In this document: positions 61,848 to 64,000 of the stretch, in pieces | Position numbering within the stretch: the first letter of the stretch is position 1 | How the letters are laid out: every line of letters starts with the position of its first letter | Assembly (NCBI GenBank): GCA_965648915.1 | Contig: CBFGIV010000002.1 | Coordinates: 583 to 64,582, forward strand | Source of the DNA: a candidate division WOR-3 bacterium | GTDB taxonomy: Bacteria; Hydrothermota; Tepidihabitantia; SM23-42; CAYGYG01 | Direction: 5' to 3' | Length of the DNA: 64,000 bases | Made by a program: the position numbers and the translations under genes | Notes under the pieces: model-generated | Database searches by the model: none | Seen by the model: the letters and a program-made list of their open reading frames with translations, nothing else | Told to the model about the DNA's origin: nothing

Positions 61848-62372
61848 TTATCTCTTTTTGCTGATCGACTCGAGTTCTTTTTCTACTTCTTTGACTGCAT
61901 TCTCGAGGAGATTCTTCTTGGTCTTTTCATCGATTGTCTTACGGATCATTGCGGTTGAGAGAGTGACCACCATGGCACCTACTTCCTTTTTTATCTCGTT
62001 CATGATGTTCTTCTTTTCGACATCAATCTCCTGCATTGTTCGCTCAACAATCTTTTTCGATTCCTCATTGGCTAACTGAATAATCTTTTTCTTCTCCTCT
62101 TCCCCCAGCCTGGATGCCTGTTCGATTATCCGGTGTGCTTCTCTTTTTGCTTCTTCAATCAGGAGTTTCTGTTTTGTTTCAGATTCGGCTGCCTGTCTTT
62201 TAAGGTCTTCAGCCGTCTTGAGGCTTTCTTCAATCTTAGTCGAACGCTCTTTGAAGAGCTTGAGGATCGGTTTATATAAAAAACGGTTGAGGAGCCAGAG
62301 AAGAATCAAAAAGTTAATAATCTGGGCAAGGAGAAGGATCGGCTGAATGCCGAGTTTACCGAGGACTTCCAT
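61848..62372 (-). CDS. atpF: F-type ATP synthase subunit b
   Basis: N-terminal TM helix followed by a long charged coiled-coil. 174 aa. Confidence 0.8.
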   Translation of the reverse strand: MEVLGKLGIQPILLLAQIINFLILLWLLNRFLYKPILKLFKERSTKIEESLKTAEDLKRQAAESETKQKLLIEEAKREAHRIIEQASRLGEEEKKKIIQLANEESKKIVERTMQEIDVEKKNIMNEIKKEVGAMVVTLSTAMIRKTIDEKTKKNLLENAVKEVEKELESISKKR

Positions 62373-62374
62373 GG

Positions 62375-62653
<279 letters not shown>

Positions 62654-62703
62654 TTAGAATTGTTAAAAGATCAGCCTCAAATATCGTTCGATTCAGATAG
62701 AGA

Positions 62704-63453
62704 CTAATGTTCTTCATGGATTGTAGCAATCTTGATAAAAAATAGGGTTAAGAGTGCAAAGACCAGGGCCTGAATAAAGCCGACAAATATTTCAAGAATT
62801 AGAAAAGGGATCGGTATAATAAGTGGCACTAATGTAATCATCACTAATAGCAGGACTTCACCGGCAAATATATTACCAAAGAGTCGAAATGAGAAAGAAA
62901 TAATCTTTGCAAACTCGGAGATTAACTCGAGGATGCCGACAAAAAAATAGATCGGGCTTCTAAGTTTGATAAAGCGGCCAATAAAACCCTTAAAGCCGAG
63001 ATATTTAATGCTGTAAACCTGGGTTAAAAAGACTGAGATCAGAGCCAAGGCAAGAGTGGTATTGAGATCGGCAGATGCCCCGCGCAAATACGGAACAAAT
63101 TCTTTGTGCTCACCGTGACCATGGTAAAATCCGATCGAACCAAAACCGGGCAGCAGGCCCAGCCAGTTGATGAGCAGCACAAAGAGGAAGATGGTCATTA
63201 CCAGAGGGAAGAAGCGTTGACCTCTCTTTTCGTCCTCGACTGCATCACAGATGGTCTGATAGAAGAATTCCAGGATATACTCAATAACGTTCTGGATACC
63301 GATCGGGATGATATTTTTCTTTATGCGGATAATAACTATCAAAATGATAAAAATGATGATAGTCAGCCAGGTTGCTATCAAGGAATTGGTAATCGGCAGG
63401 GGCCCTAAATCAAATAACTTTTCTGCAGCAATTGAAATGTGCATCTTATACAT
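62704..63453 (-). CDS. atpB: F-type ATP synthase subunit a
   Basis: Conserved essential Arg region (RLFGNIFAGEVLL). 249 aa. Confidence 0.85.
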   Translation of the reverse strand: MYKMHISIAAEKLFDLGPLPITNSLIATWLTIIIFIILIVIIRIKKNIIPIGIQNVIEYILEFFYQTICDAVEDEKRGQRFFPLVMTIFLFVLLINWLGLLPGFGSIGFYHGHGEHKEFVPYLRGASADLNTTLALALISVFLTQVYSIKYLGFKGFIGRFIKLRSPIYFFVGILELISEFAKIISFSFRLFGNIFAGEVLLLVMITLVPLIIPIPFLILEIFVGFIQALVFALLTLFFIKIATIHEEH

Positions 63454-63849
63454 TATACTTTAAAAAAGCAAAAAGTCAACTATAATGTGCAGATAGGCAT
63501 AGAGATCGTAATCGGTTGTCCGCCTGGCTTGGTCAAAGAACAATTTTGCCGGGTAAGTCCGGGCTTTATACTTTCAGGTTATACCCGGATTGAAGAATTG
63601 CTTGGAGGGGCAGGATTTCTCTGAATATGCTGGCAAGGGAATGAATTCCATTACGTCTTTTGATCGGGTCAAATTAGATTATCCTCAGGGGGTAAATCTT
63701 TTCTTCTCTTTTTAAATTACTTCCCCTCTCGGCGCGGACAAAAATTCTTTATGGGTTTTAAGAGCCGAGAGCCTTATGACAGAAAGAGAGATTCAGATTG
63801 ACTGTTAATTTTGCGCAGGGCGTCAAGGGGATTAAAGATCACCTACTGG

Positions 63850-64000
63850 TTATTGTCTATTTTTTAAGATCCTGGACAAGGTCTGGATCAGGGCCCGGGC
63901 CAGGGCATTGATTGCCTTTTTTACCGGTGGGGAGATGGGAGTGCCCCAGTCTAAAGATTTGGGCACGACCCCGATAATAATTACCTGAGCACCGATCGAC
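63850..64000 (-). CDS. 3' end of an unidentified minus-strand ORF that runs off the window edge (C-terminus ...IIIGVVPKSLDWGTPISPPVKKAINALARALIQTLSRILKNRQ)
   Basis: Manual translation of the reverse complement gives an open frame from the window edge to a TAA at 63850-63852. The visible part is too short for the ORF track or for a family assignment. Confidence 0.25.
   Translation of the reverse strand, partial: SIGAQVIIIGVVPKSLDWGTPISPPVKKAINALARALIQTLSRILKNRQ

Noticed and set aside
63439-63624. 61-aa plus-strand ORF upstream of atpB, as a possible atpI
   Set aside because: It is on the wrong strand for the atp operon and not hydrophobic like AtpI. No convincing atpI ORF of at least 60 aa was found on the minus strand in 63454-63849.

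Overview
This 64 kb window is bacterial chromosomal DNA of about 45% GC. It is densely coding and appears to come from an FCB-superphylum-like organism. Four secreted enzymes carry type-IX-secretion (T9SS) C-terminal sorting domains: two gingipain-like C25 peptidases, a metallophosphoesterase and an M28 aminopeptidase. There are no CRISPR arrays, no rRNA genes, and no recognisable transposases or integrases.

The window opens with a partial T9SS C25 peptidase, a CDF cation-efflux transporter, and an ECF sigma / zinc-finger anti-sigma / Spy-like periplasmic triad. A second C25 peptidase follows, then housekeeping genes: site-2 protease, mnmG, topA, a YceD-like protein and deoC.

Positions 14.0-23.6 kb hold an 11-gene group-4 (energy-converting, Mbh/Hyf-like) [NiFe]-hydrogenase cluster. 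It has three Mrp/NuoL-like antiporter subunits and a repeat-rich internal spacer.

After ligA and purM comes an unusual lipoprotein that fuses an oligopeptide-type substrate-binding domain to a Pro-rich linker and a TonB C-terminal domain. Next are tRNA-Leu(TAA) and an AT-rich gap. They are followed by a minus-strand sugar-utilisation block: rhaA, rhaB, a truncated rhaD remnant, a GH35-like beta-galactosidase, xylB, xylA, and a glycoside hydrolase of unassigned family.

The 3' half encodes recJ, pgeF, an APC permease with a membrane-anchored Usp, a trkA-trkA-ptsN trio, and a PstS-like/TPR/ExbB-ExbD-ExbD-TonB-TonB cluster. The window ends with a complete F-type ATP synthase operon, atpBEFHAGDC, on the minus strand.

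The most novel-looking items are the SBP–TonB_C fusion, the hydrogenase cluster with its internal repeat spacer, and the ZAS/ECF/Spy/CDF stress module flanked by gingipain-like proteases.
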